Assembly: GCA_963829995.1 (NCBI GenBank)
Contig: CAWHKW010000031.1
Location: 238,358-302,357 of the forward strand
Reading direction: 5' to 3'
Source: an uncultured beta proteobacterium
GTDB lineage: Bacteria; Pseudomonadota; Gammaproteobacteria; Burkholderiales; Burkholderiaceae_F
Length of the DNA: 64,000 nt
The position numbers and the translations under genes were made by a program. Every line of letters begins with the position of its first letter. Positions within the stretch are counted from its first letter, which is position 1. Of this stretch, positions 23,038 through 31,144 are shown one piece after another. Below the pieces are notes generated by a model, which was given only the letters and a program-made list of their open reading frames with translations, was not told the origin of the DNA and searched no databases.

Positions 23038-23877
23038 TCAGTTTCGCTTCTTCGTTTGGGGCGGTCCGGCGGTACCCAGTCCGACGCGCGCCGCTTCCGT
23101 ATCGATGATCGAGGATGCAGGCACGTTGGCGAGGTTCACATCCGGTCCCAGCGCAACGATCAATGCCTTCTTGATGTCTTCGATGTCGCAGCTTCGCACG
23201 TCGCTGATCCACGGGCCGGGTAATTCGATCATCACGCGCGACATGTCGAGCGACCGCGTCAGAAGGTCGATCGTGCGCGTGCGCAGCTTGCCTCTTTCGA
23301 TCAGCTCGGCGGCTTCCACCAGCACGAGTGCGGCACCCGCGTCGAAGCAGGTCTCCGCCTGGCCGATCAGCAGCGCGGGCTTGCTCAGCGTTTCTTTGGA
23401 TCCGACCTCACCGAAGACGATCAGTCCTGCGGCCGCTGCATTGCGAATCTGCGAGCGGCGCTGCGTGGCTGTGAGTGGCACGACATTGTCGGATATCTCG
23501 ATCGCCTTGAAGCCGAGCGCGAGCGCCTCGGCGTAGTACGTAGGCAATGCCCTCGCGCCTTGAGTGGCGAACACGTATTCGTGGAACTGCCCTCCAAGAA
23601 AAGGCTGGATGCGATTGCGCCGATACAGCCGCAGCTTCTCGAGTAAAACCGAACGCGGGTAAAGCCGCGCAGTGCCGGTCTTGATCTTCGCAAGGTCAAT
23701 GTAGTCACCGGCCAGGGCAACGAGGTCGCGCGTATAGGCAAGAGGCAGTCCGTCGTCCAGCACCATCGTCTGCCCGGATCGCCGCGGCTTGCGCGTGGAG
23801 CGTTCGCGCGGCAGCGGAACAAATTCGAAGGGCGCGCGTTGTGTGGGTTTGGCCGCAGGCATATTGGTGAGTATCAA
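23038..23877 (-). CDS. (2R)-phospho-3-sulfolactate synthase (ComA) family protein
   Basis: Family-typical motifs (…YIDLAKIKTGTARLYP…KAIEISDNVVPL…) and length ~260-280 aa. It is the first gene of the minus-strand operon. Confidence 0.6.
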   Translation of the reverse strand: MILTNMPAAKPTQRAPFEFVPLPRERSTRKPRRSGQTMVLDDGLPLAYTRDLVALAGDYIDLAKIKTGTARLYPRSVLLEKLRLYRRNRIQPFLGGQFHEYVFATQGARALPTYYAEALALGFKAIEISDNVVPLTATQRRSQIRNAAAAGLIVFGEVGSKETLSKPALLIGQAETCFDAGAALVLVEAAELIERGKLRTRTIDLLTRSLDMSRVMIELPGPWISDVRSCDIEDIKKALIVALGPDVNLANVPASSIIDTEAARVGLGTAGPPQTKKRN

Positions 23878-23915
23878 GTCAGCTATATAGTACTGAGAGA
23901 CCTTGTCGAGGAAAG

Positions 23916-25368
23916 ATGGCTGTGTCCGCTCGCAATCTGCTGGTGATCATGTCCGACGAGCACAACCCGAAAGTGCTCGGCAGCGCGGGGCACCCGATCA
24001 TTCACACGCCGAACATCGATGCACTAGCCGCGCGCGGGACTTCGTTTAGCTCCGCCTACACCACCAGCCCAGTGTGCATTCCGGCGCGCGCAGGTTTCGC
24101 GTGCGGCAAATATATTCACCAGATCGGCTTCTGGGACAACGCCGACGCGTATGACGGCTCGGTGCCGTCATGGCATCACCTGCTGCGCGACCGCGGTCAT
24201 CGCGTGGTGTCGATCGGCAAGCTGCATTACCGGCTCGCCGGCGAAGATCATGGGTTCAGCGAAGAACAGATCGCGATGCACATTTACCAGGGCAAGGGAG
24301 ACCTGCTCGGCTTGATTCGCGACGACATGCCTGCGCGCGGCAACTCGAAGAAGATGATCGCGATGGCCGGGCCCGGAGAGTCGACCTACACGTTCTACGA
24401 CAAGGACATCTGCTCGCGCGCGCAGGTGTGGCTGCGCGAGGAGGGTGTACGCAAGGCGGATAAGCCGTGGGCGCTGTTCGTGTCCTTCGTGGCGCCCCAT
24501 TTTCCGCTGACGGCCCCGCCCGAGCACTATTACCGCTACTGGAACCAGGAGCTGCCGCTGCCCAAGCAATACGCGCGCGAGCAGCGCCCACGCCACCCGT
24601 ATCTCGTCGACTACAGCAACAACTTCAATTACGACGATCACTTCGAGTCGCCGCGGGACGTGAAGAAAGCGCTGGCGGGATATTTCGGGTTGGTGTCGTA
24701 CCTGGATGAAAACATCGGCAAGGTACTTGCGACGCTGCGCGATGCCGGGCTCGAGGATGACACGGTCGTGATGTACACCAGCGACCATGGCGACAACCTC
24801 GGCGCACGCGGTCTGTGGGGCAAGTCGACGATGTATGAAGAGGTTGCCGGCGTGCCGTTGATTCTGGCCGGCGCAGGCGTTCCGGCGGGCCGCCGTATTC
24901 CTACGCCGGTCAGCCACGTCGATGCTTTTCCTACACTGCTCGAACTTGCCGGTGAGAAGATGCCGGAGGGTTTTCCGGGCGTGTCTCTGATCGACATCGC
25001 GCACGGCGCGAAGCCAAAACGCGCGGTGCTATCCGAATACCATGGCATGGGATCGAGCACCGGCGTGTTCGCGATCCGCATGAACCAATGGAAATACGTG
25101 TACTACGTCGGCTACCCTGCCCAGCTATTCGACCTCGACGAGGATCCGGAGGAGTTGCGTGACGTTGCCGACGATGCGGCGTATGCCGATGCGTTGGAGC
25201 AATGCCGCCGCGCTCTGTTCGCGATCTGCGATCCGAACGAGGTGGATCGGCGCGCGCACGCGACGGCAGGCCGAGCTAATAGCGCTTAACGGCGGGCGCG
25301 CCGCGGTGATCGAGCGCGGCGATTTCGGCTTTACCCCGGCACCGGGCACGGTGGCAGATTTTCAGTAG
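23916..25368 (+). pseudogene. Sulfatase (formylglycine-dependent; motif CIPARAG), frameshifted near 25250
   Basis: N-terminal MSDEHN with C-x-P-x-R. The C-terminal …ELIALNGGRAAVIERGDFGFTP… lies in a shifted frame (ORF 25159-25368). Confidence 0.7.
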
Positions 25369-25377
25369 GAGAAAAAA

Positions 25378-26352
25378 ATGATTCGCATACTTTTCGTGGC
25401 AATGATCTCGCTGTTTCTGTCCAGCGCACCCGCGCAGGCGCAGGAATGGCCGACCAAGCCGGTGCGCTTCATCGTCGGCTACCCGGCCGGCGGCGGTCAT
25501 GACTTCGTTGCCCGTACCGTCGCACAGCGGATGTCCGAGACAGTTGAAGCAGACCTTCGTTGTTGAGAACCGCTCCGGCGCGTCGGGCGCGATTGGCACT
25601 GACCACGTTGCCAAGAGCGACCCCGATGGCCATACCTTGCTGATTGCCTCACCCGCCGAAGTGCTGGTCGGGCCGATCGCCGGACAGAAAGTGCCGTACG
25701 ACCCGGCGAAGGACCTGGTGCCTGTGGCGTTGATCGGCGAGACGCCGCTCGCGGTCGGCCATCCACCCATCGGTACCTGCGAACACGATGCAGGAACTAC
25801 TGGCGCTTGCGAAGCGTTCGCCGGGCAAGTTGTCTTACGGCACTCCTGGAACCGGCAGCTCGCATGCAGTTTGCAGGGGAATCGATCAAAGCGATTGGCG
25901 ACGTATTCATCGTTCACATTCCCTATCGAGGTGCCGCGCCGGCGGTGACCGATCTTCTTGGCGGGCAGGTAGAAATCGGTATTGCCGGCATGCCGCCGGT
26001 CATCGGCCACCACAAGTCGGGCAAACTAAAAATCATCGCGGTCACCAGCGCCAAACGATCGTCAGCCACGCCGGAGATCCCGTCCGTAGCCGAAGTGCCG
26101 GGCTTCGCCGGCTTTCACTTCACGAACTGGCAGGGCGTGTACGCCGCTGCGAAAACGCCGCCCGCAGTAATCCAGCGCATCGCGGCGGAGATCGCCAACG
26201 CGGTGCGCGACCCCGCCACGCGACAACGGCTGTTGACCGCGGGCGTCGATCCACTCGGGCTGGGACCCACCGAGTTTTCCGCGTTCCTGGCTCGCGAGCA
26301 CGCCACTTACTCGAAGGTCGCGAAGGATCGCAACATCAAGCTCGGCGAGTAA
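25378..26352 (+). pseudogene. Bug-family (TctC-like) tripartite tricarboxylate transporter substrate-binding protein with at least 3 frameshifts
   Basis: The three ORF pieces (25378-25566, 25499-25948, 25807-26352) concatenate into a Bug-family protein (…FIVGYPAGGGHDFVAR… / …FVVENRSGASGAIGTDHVAKS… / …YGTPGTGSS…MQFAGE…). Confidence 0.65.
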
Positions 26353-26395
26353 ACAGTGGAAACGTACCTGCGACACATCCGTTTATCATCAAGGG

Positions 26396-26830
26396 ATGGC
26401 TGACCTCGCCGACATTCGTCTTGCCAACACCACCGCGCTCTTCGATGAGTTCAAAAGCACTGCCGTGGTCGGCCCGGCAGGCGACGAGCTAAAGGGACTC
26501 GAAGCGCGTTTTGCGGAGCAGCTGCGGATATCCGCGTCGTACTGGAGCCAGCTCAAAAGCCGCAACCGCCATATTGGCGAAACGCTGGCGCGGCAGTTCG
26601 AGGCGCATTGCGGTAAGCCGCAGGGCTGGCTGGACCAAAAGCAGGCCGTGCCGCAGGAACCCAGGACGGCGTCCGTGCCGGCGAGCGACAACGAACGGTT
26701 TCTCGTGCAGATGTTGCTGACCTGCTATCGATTGAATCCGGATGGGGTCAAGCAGCGGATGCTGGAGCTGATGGAAGGCGAGTTGGCAAAGGCGCAACAG
26801 CGTAAGCGAAAGAAGACCAACGGCGCTTGA
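26396..26830 (+). CDS. XRE/Cro-CI-type HTH DNA-binding protein (phage-repressor-like)
   Basis: …ASYWSQLKSRNRHIGETLARQFEAHCGKPQGWLD… resembles XRE-family phage regulators. Confidence 0.45.
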   Translation: MADLADIRLANTTALFDEFKSTAVVGPAGDELKGLEARFAEQLRISASYWSQLKSRNRHIGETLARQFEAHCGKPQGWLDQKQAVPQEPRTASVPASDNERFLVQMLLTCYRLNPDGVKQRMLELMEGELAKAQQRKRKKTNGA

Positions 26831-26889
26831 CTTTGCTAAATGGCTCTTTATCATCCGCATTCCTAGAAATTTGCGTAAGTCACTAAAAA

Positions 26890-27126
26890 GTTTGGAAATG
26901 AACTCAAGTCGCTCCTATCGCATCAGTTCGCCACGGCAATCTGCCGCGGCGTGCCTGCGCGCGCTTTCTTTCGAGAAAGCGGGCGGGGATGCGTCCGAGC
27001 ATAAGCAGCCAGTGAATCGCGATACGAACACACTCGATCCGGGCGGAGGTGCAAGCGCATAGCGCTTCCTCCGTTTGACGGCCCAAAGGCCCGGATCGCG
27101 CAAGCATCCGGGCCTTTTTGCTTTGT
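26890..27126 (+). ncRNA. Candidate small RNA: a lower-GC segment with a possible promoter (TTGCGT…TGGAAAT) ending in a strong stem-loop plus a rho-independent terminator
   Basis: Hairpin CGGAGG-tgc-AAGCGC ATA GCGCTT CCTCCG is followed by GGCCCGGATcgcgcaagcATCCGGGCC and TTTTTGCTTT (27085-27126). No convincing ORF. Confidence 0.25.
27085..27126 (+). terminator. Rho-independent terminator
   Basis: 9-bp GC-rich stem GGCCCGGAT/ATCCGGGCC followed by a T5 tract. Confidence 0.6.
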
Positions 27127-27465
27127 GCAATTAAGCGGGCCGGCGCAACGGCGCAGTGTCCGAAGTTCTTTAACAACTTGATAGCAACAACAGACTGGCC
27201 ACCGGTGGCGGGTGTGCGAACGCGCATGCCCGTCGCCGGTGGCGAGGCTGACATTCGTCACCTGCTTGAACATCAGGAGCAGGCGCGTGACGAATGCGCC
27301 CTTCGAGCCAGATGCGACGGCGCTCGCCTTGTAAGCGAGAGAAGACCAGGTTGGATTCCGTGGGAAGGGCGCCAAACAGCATCACACCTCGTCCGGTGGA
27401 TCCGGCGTTGCGGCTACGAACCGCGACTACTGATGTTCGATTCATCAACGAGGTGCCAATTTCAA

Positions 27466-27539
27466 AAGGGCGTAGTTCAACAGCAGAGCCTCGGCCTCCA
27501 AAACCGATGATGGGGATGCAACTTCCTCCGCCCTTGCCA
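27466..27539 (+). tRNA. tRNA-Trp (anticodon CCA)
   Basis: Hand-folded cloverleaf. Acceptor AAGGGCG/CGCCCTT, D-arm GTTC/GAGC, anticodon loop CTCCAAA, T-arm GGGGA-TGCAACT-TCCTC, 3' CCA. One C-A mismatch in the anticodon stem. Confidence 0.65.
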
Positions 27540-27543
27540 GCAT

Positions 27544-27618
27544 TGACCCGTGGCGTAACGGCAGCGCAGCGGTCTCTTAAACCGTCAGGTCTTGGTTCAA
27601 GTCCAAGCGGGTCAACCA
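27544..27618 (+). tRNA. tRNA-Lys (anticodon CTT)
   Basis: Acceptor TGACCCG/CGGGTCA, anticodon loop CTCTTAA, T-arm CTTGG-TTCAAGT-CCAAG, 3' ACCA. Confidence 0.75.
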
Positions 27619-27631
27619 GTTTTCAGATCAT

Positions 27632-27707
27632 TCCGCGATGGCCGACACGGCAAGGCAGCGCACTGTTAATGCGCTCGATAGTGGTTCGAATCCACTTCGC
27701 GGAGCCA
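27632..27707 (+). tRNA. tRNA-Asn (anticodon GTT)
   Basis: Acceptor TCCGCGA/TCGCGGA, anticodon loop ACTGTTAAT with stem GCGCA/TGCGC, T-arm AGTGG-TTCGAAT-CCACT, 3' GCCA. Confidence 0.75.
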
Positions 27708-27821
27708 GTTTCCTCCCGGGATGAAAACGCCACGGACGGCGCATTCCGGTTTCGCAGGCGCAGGCCTGTCTGCGAAGCAGCGGTCCGGCGTCGCATGCGA
27801 TGGCTGCAGGGCTTCGACATT

Positions 27822-27897
27822 CAGGGTGTAGCTCAGCTGGAAGAGTGCCGGCGTCGGAAGCCGGAGGCCGCTGGATCGTATCCAGCCACCCTGACCA
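27822..27897 (+). tRNA. tRNA-Pro (anticodon CGG)
   Basis: C1-G72 acceptor CAGGGTG/CACCCTG, D-arm TAGCTCAGCTGG, anticodon stem CCGGC/GCCGG with loop GTCGGAA, T-arm GCTGG-ATCGTAT-CCAGC, 3' ACCA. Confidence 0.75.
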
Positions 27898-27906
27898 ATA
27901 AATGAT

Positions 27907-27982
27907 GGCGATCGTGGTGTAGTGGTCTGCATCGCGTGCTGTGAACGCGCTGGTCCCGGATCGAAACCGGGCGATCGCCCCA
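27907..27982 (+). tRNA. tRNA-His (anticodon GTG) with the extra G-1:C73 pair
   Basis: 8-bp acceptor GGCGATCG/CGATCGCC, anticodon loop CTGTGAA, T-arm CCCGG-ATCGAAA-CCGGG, 3' CCA. Confidence 0.7.
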
Positions 27983-27991
27983 AAGTTTCAA

Positions 27992-28071
27992 CCCCAACTG
28001 ACGGGAATCTCGGCATACCTCGCTGTCTCAGAAACAGCGGCTTCTGCGTTCGAATCGCAGGTTGGGGACCA
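27992..28071 (+). tRNA. Non-canonical tRNA-like gene with anticodon CAG (Leu) but a class-I (short variable loop) architecture and an over-long 21-nt D region; possible pseudo-tRNA or indel-affected
   Basis: Perfect acceptor CCCCAAC/GTTGGGG, anticodon stem GCTGT/ACAGC with loop CTCAGAA, T-arm CTGCG-TTCGAAT-CGCAG, 3' ACCA. The D-arm cannot be folded canonically. Confidence 0.35.
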
Positions 28072-28073
28072 AT

Positions 28074-28148
28074 TGCAGGCGAGAGGGCTGGGTCCTCAGC
28101 GGTTTCATAAGCCGCGCTCGCTCGGTTCGATTCCGAGGCCTGCGACCA
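28074..28148 (+). tRNA. tRNA-Met (anticodon CAT; elongator type, or tRNA-Ile2 if lysidinylated)
   Basis: Acceptor TGCAGGC/GCCTGCG (U1-G72), D-arm GAGG/CCTC, anticodon loop TTCATAA, T-arm CTCGG-TTCGATT-CCGAG, 3' ACCA. Confidence 0.7.
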
Positions 28149-28263
28149 ATCGTTCGAATTGGAGCCAAAGGCGATCCATTTAATCGCGCCGCAATTCCGA
28201 ATCTCGCAACTAGCCGGCTCGAGCTCGCCGTATATCCAGGTGTACTCGCGGAGGACACTGCAA

Positions 28264-28596
28264 ATGGAAAACGGCAAGCATGTTTGGAAGGCTTTACTGT
28301 TGGGCGCGATTCTGGCGGGCAACCTGTCAGCGGCCCGCGCAGATGAACCGGTCGCCACTGGCACCCGCGGCGATCGAATCGACCTGTACGACGAGCAGGG
28401 TCCGGTCTGCCCCGAGGGTTTGAAGCGAGCGGTTTATACGTACCTGCTGCCGAACGGGCTCTCGGGTGAAACAGTCGAGGGCTGTTGGCGCGCGGATAGC
28501 ACGCTTGTTTTCATGGCGTTTGCCGATGGTGATCGCGGCGCAGTGGAGTTGGATGTTTTTACCTGGCGTCGGAGTCCTACCGGTCAACAGCTGTGA
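28264..28596 (+). CDS. Small secreted hypothetical protein embedded within the tRNA array
   Basis: Start MENGKHVWKALLLGAILAGNLSAARA (signal peptide). Followed by hairpin TTGCATCGCGagcCGCGATGCAA. Confidence 0.5.
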   Translation: MENGKHVWKALLLGAILAGNLSAARADEPVATGTRGDRIDLYDEQGPVCPEGLKRAVYTYLLPNGLSGETVEGCWRADSTLVFMAFADGDRGAVELDVFTWRRSPTGQQL

Positions 28597-28689
28597 ACTT
28601 TCTTGCATCGCGAGCCGCGCGATGCAACGTTGATCTTCGGTAAGCCAGCTCAACGCCGACATCTGAGTCGGCTTCGTCGAATCAAACAC

Positions 28690-28783
28690 GGTAGGTTGGC
28701 CGAGTGGCAAGGCACTCCTCTGCTAAGGGAGCGAGTTGTCGATCAGCGATGACGCGCGCGTTCGATCCGCGCACCTACCTCCA
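28690..28783 (+). tRNA. tRNA-Ser (anticodon GCT), class II with a long variable arm
   Basis: Acceptor GGTAGGT/ACCTACC, D-arm GCC-GAGTGGCAA-GGC, anticodon loop CTGCTAA, 22-nt variable arm, T-arm GCGCG-TTCGATC-CGCGC, 3' TCCA. Confidence 0.7.
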
Positions 28784-28789
28784 ATAACT

Positions 28790-28884
28790 GGAAGCGCAAA
28801 CCGATTGGCGACGGTGCCCGCCTTGAAAGCGGTGTGAGCTGCTATCAGCAGCCTTGGGCGTTCGACTCGACCCCGCTTCCGCCA
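28790..28884 (+). tRNA. Irregular tRNA-Ser-like gene (anticodon TGA); the acceptor pairs perfectly but the D and T arms do not fold cleanly
   Basis: Acceptor GGAAGCG/CGCTTCC with 3' GCCA, anticodon loop CTTGAAA, hairpin variable arm GCTGC…GCAGC. The T region GGGCGTTCGACTCGACCCC is imperfect. Confidence 0.35.
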
Positions 28885-28888
28885 ACTC

Positions 28889-28963
28889 GAACCGCTTGAC
28901 TTCTGGTGAGGTCACTAGGCCTTCAACCTAGCAAGACGGGTTCGATCCCCGTGCGGTTTACCA
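28889..28963 (+). tRNA. tRNA-Glu (anticodon TTC)
   Basis: Acceptor GAACCGC/GCGGTTT, D-arm GACT/GGTC, anticodon stem CTAGG/CCTAG with loop CCTTCAA, 4-nt variable loop, T-arm ACGGG-TTCGATC-CCCGT, 3' ACCA. Confidence 0.75.
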
Positions 28964-28965
28964 AC

Positions 28966-29042
28966 TGCGGCGTCGCCAAGTGGCCCAAGGCACCTGGCTC
29001 TGAACCAGGTATTCGTAGGTTCGACTCCTACCGCCGCTGCCA
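28966..29042 (+). tRNA. tRNA-Gln (anticodon CTG)
   Basis: Starts UGCGGCG like E. coli tRNA-Gln, D-arm GCC-AAGTGGCCCAA-GGC, anticodon stem CCTGG/CCAGG with loop CTCTGAA, T-arm GTAGG-TTCGACT-CCTAC, 3' GCCA. Position 1-72 is U-U. Confidence 0.7.
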
Positions 29043-29058
29043 ATTGATTCTTGATATC

Positions 29059-29134
29059 GCATCCCAAGCTGACCAGGTGGCAGCGCCGGTTTGAAGCACC
29101 GGAGGGTGTGGCTCGATACCACAGGGATGCACCA
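29059..29134 (+). tRNA. tRNA-Phe (anticodon GAA)
   Basis: Acceptor GCATCCC/GGGATGC, D-stem GCTG/CAGC, anticodon stem CCGGT/ACCGG with loop TTGAAGC, T-arm TGTGG-CTCGATA-CCACA, 3' ACCA. Confidence 0.75.
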
Positions 29135-29226
29135 AACACGGCGCATTGACGTAGACGGATGCGTACCCGGCTGTCGACCGGAGGAGAGCGGATCAATGCC
29201 GCTATGCGCCGCCACTAAAATCTTAG

Positions 29227-30447
29227 ATGGAGAACATCATGGATCTCAACGCATTGAACAACGTCCGCGCCTGGACGAATGGCGTGGAGGTCGAGTACGA
29301 CGCGGTCGCGCAGGTCAAGAACATTGCATCGCTGCCGATCGTCGCGGGACACGTCGCGATCATGCCGGACGTGCATCTCGGGAAGGGCGCGACGGTGGGT
29401 TCGGTGATTCCGACCCGGGGCGCAATCATTCCGGCGGCCGTAGGCGTCGACATCGGTTGCGGTATGTGCGCGGTGCGCACAGTGTTGACGGCGAACGATC
29501 TACCGGATTCTCTGGGCAAGATTCGCTCGGCAATCGAAGCACGCGTTCCGGTCGGGTTTTCCGCGCACGACAAGCCGGTCAGCACGCATAGTGATGGCCT
29601 GTTCGGTATGGCGCTGAAGCGCAAGGGCGAAGAACTGCACGATCGCTACAACTCGCTTCGCATCATGGATCGGGTCGGCAAGTTCGATCACAAGCGCGTC
29701 TGGAATCAGGTCGGCACGCTCGGCGGCGGCAACCACTTCGTCGAGCTCTGCCTCGACGAATCGGACGCCGTGTGGATCATGCTGCACTCGGGTTCACGCA
29801 ACGTCGGTAAGACGATCGGCGAAACTGCGATTGGGATGGCGCGCGAGATGGCCGTCAAGCACCACCGTCATCTGCCGGATCGTGACCTGGCATGGCTGGA
29901 CGAAGGCTCGCCGGAATTCGACGAATACGTCGAAGGGCTGCGTTGGGCGCAGGAGTATGCGGCGCATAACCGCAACCAGATGCTGCACGCGGTGCTGAAG
30001 TCGCTGCGCGAGGAGTTCGGGCGCGAGATTGGCACGAGCGAGCACGCAGTCAACTGCCACCACAACTACAGCTCGCTCGAGGAACACTTCGGCGAGCAGG
30101 TGTGGATCACGCGCAAGGGTGCGGTGTCGGCACGCGCCGGTGAGCTCGGCATCATTCCGGGCAGCATGGGTGCGCGTTCGTTCATCGTGCGCGGCAAGGG
30201 AAACGCGGATGCGTATCACTCGTGCTCGCACGGGGCAGGGCGTCGTTTGTCGCGCAATGCGGCCAAGCGCAAGTTCACGCTCGATGATCTGCGCAAGCAG
30301 ACCGAAGGCGTCGAATGCCGCAAGGACGCGGGCGTGCTCGACGAAATCCCGGGCGCATACAAGGACATCGACGCAGTGATGGCCGCGCAGGCCGATCTGG
30401 TCGAAGTCGTGCACACGCTGAAGCAGATCATGTGCATCAAGGGCTAA
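29227..30447 (+). CDS. rtcB: RNA-splicing ligase RtcB (3'-phosphate/5'-OH RNA ligase)
   Basis: Near full-length colinearity with E. coli RtcB (…HVAIMPDVHLGKGATVGSVIPT…GGGNHFVELC…CHHNY…SCSHGAGR…AYKDIDAVMAAQADLVEVVHTLKQIMCIKG). No rtcA or rtcR adjacent. Confidence 0.9.
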   Translation: MENIMDLNALNNVRAWTNGVEVEYDAVAQVKNIASLPIVAGHVAIMPDVHLGKGATVGSVIPTRGAIIPAAVGVDIGCGMCAVRTVLTANDLPDSLGKIRSAIEARVPVGFSAHDKPVSTHSDGLFGMALKRKGEELHDRYNSLRIMDRVGKFDHKRVWNQVGTLGGGNHFVELCLDESDAVWIMLHSGSRNVGKTIGETAIGMAREMAVKHHRHLPDRDLAWLDEGSPEFDEYVEGLRWAQEYAAHNRNQMLHAVLKSLREEFGREIGTSEHAVNCHHNYSSLEEHFGEQVWITRKGAVSARAGELGIIPGSMGARSFIVRGKGNADAYHSCSHGAGRRLSRNAAKRKFTLDDLRKQTEGVECRKDAGVLDEIPGAYKDIDAVMAAQADLVEVVHTLKQIMCIKG

Positions 30448-30573
30448 GCGTCGTCGTGAATATTCAGTAGCACAGCCGCAGAACGGTCGGCGGCGCACGC
30501 CGACCGTTCGCCCTACCGTGCAGCCCGTGAAAGCTCGCTACGAGCCATCCTGTTTCAAACGTAAGAATCCGGG

Positions 30574-30840
30574 ATGGCATCGGAAATGATTGCGTTGCGA
30601 GCGTTCTTCACGATGAACATCATTGAACACAAAAGAGGCATCGCCATGAGACATGCTCAAGACAACCTGAAACCCGCCAGCCGGTTGCTGGACCTCCGGT
30701 TCAATTACATCCCTGCGGCGGCGACCGATATCGCGGCGACATGGAAGCGCTTCGGATTCGATCCGCACGCTAACAAGCAACGGCGTGAGCAGCTTAGGAA
30801 CAGCATCACCGGCCCTGCGGCTGCACTAATCGCATCGTAA
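30574..30840 (+). CDS. Small hypothetical protein (88 aa)
   Basis: ORF only; no recognisable domain. Confidence 0.25.
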   Translation: MASEMIALRAFFTMNIIEHKRGIAMRHAQDNLKPASRLLDLRFNYIPAAATDIAATWKRFGFDPHANKQRREQLRNSITGPAAALIAS

Positions 30841-30985
30841 GTATTCAGATCCGCTATTGCGGATCCACCTAATTCTCTCGGCAAGCTGCCGTCAGCGGGC
30901 CAGCCTCGTGAGTGCTGCCTGGTGCGCGCGCCCGTCCCGTACGTCGGACGCGCGCATACCGCGGCAAGGCGCTGAGTGAATGCAT

Positions 30986-31070
30986 CGTGATTTGGCGCAG
31001 AGGTAGCGCACGCGTCTCATCGAGAAAATGAAAACGCGAGGTGAAGGTTCGACTCCTTCAATCACGACCA
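30986..31070 (+). ncRNA. tRNA-Met-like element with an 11-nt insertion in the anticodon loop (CTCAT-cgagaaaatga-AA); aberrant tRNA, pseudo-tRNA or tRNA-like ncRNA
   Basis: Otherwise canonical: acceptor CGTGATT/AATCACG, D-arm GCGC-AGAGGTA-GCGC, anticodon stem CGCGT/ACGCG, T-arm GAAGG-TTCGACT-CCTTC, 3' ACCA. Confidence 0.4.
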
Positions 31071-31144
31071 CTCCCTAGCTCAGTGGGTAGAGCAACGGTC
31101 TGATAAGCCGTCAGTCGCGGGTTCGACTCCCGCGGGATATCCCT
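31069..31144 (+). ncRNA. tRNA-Ile(GAT)-like element with a defective acceptor stem (only 4 of 7 bp) and no 3' CCA; it abuts the previous element
   Basis: D-arm TAGCTCAGTGGGTAGAGC, anticodon stem ACGGT/GCCGT with loop CTGATAA, T-arm GCGGG-TTCGACT-CCCGC. 5' CACTCCC versus 3' GGGATAT. Ends in the palindrome GGGATATCCC. Confidence 0.35.

Noticed and set aside
28146-28162. 17-bp perfect palindrome CCAATCGTTCGAATTGG overlapping the 3' end of tRNA-Met
   Set aside because: It contains the tRNA T-loop-like TTCGAA core and is too short and isolated to call as a regulatory site. Noted only as context.
30986-31070. Group I intron or tmRNA interpretation of the insert-bearing tRNA-like element
   Set aside because: An 11-nt insert is far too short for a group I intron (over 200 nt). 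There is no tmRNA-like ORF or pseudoknot region.
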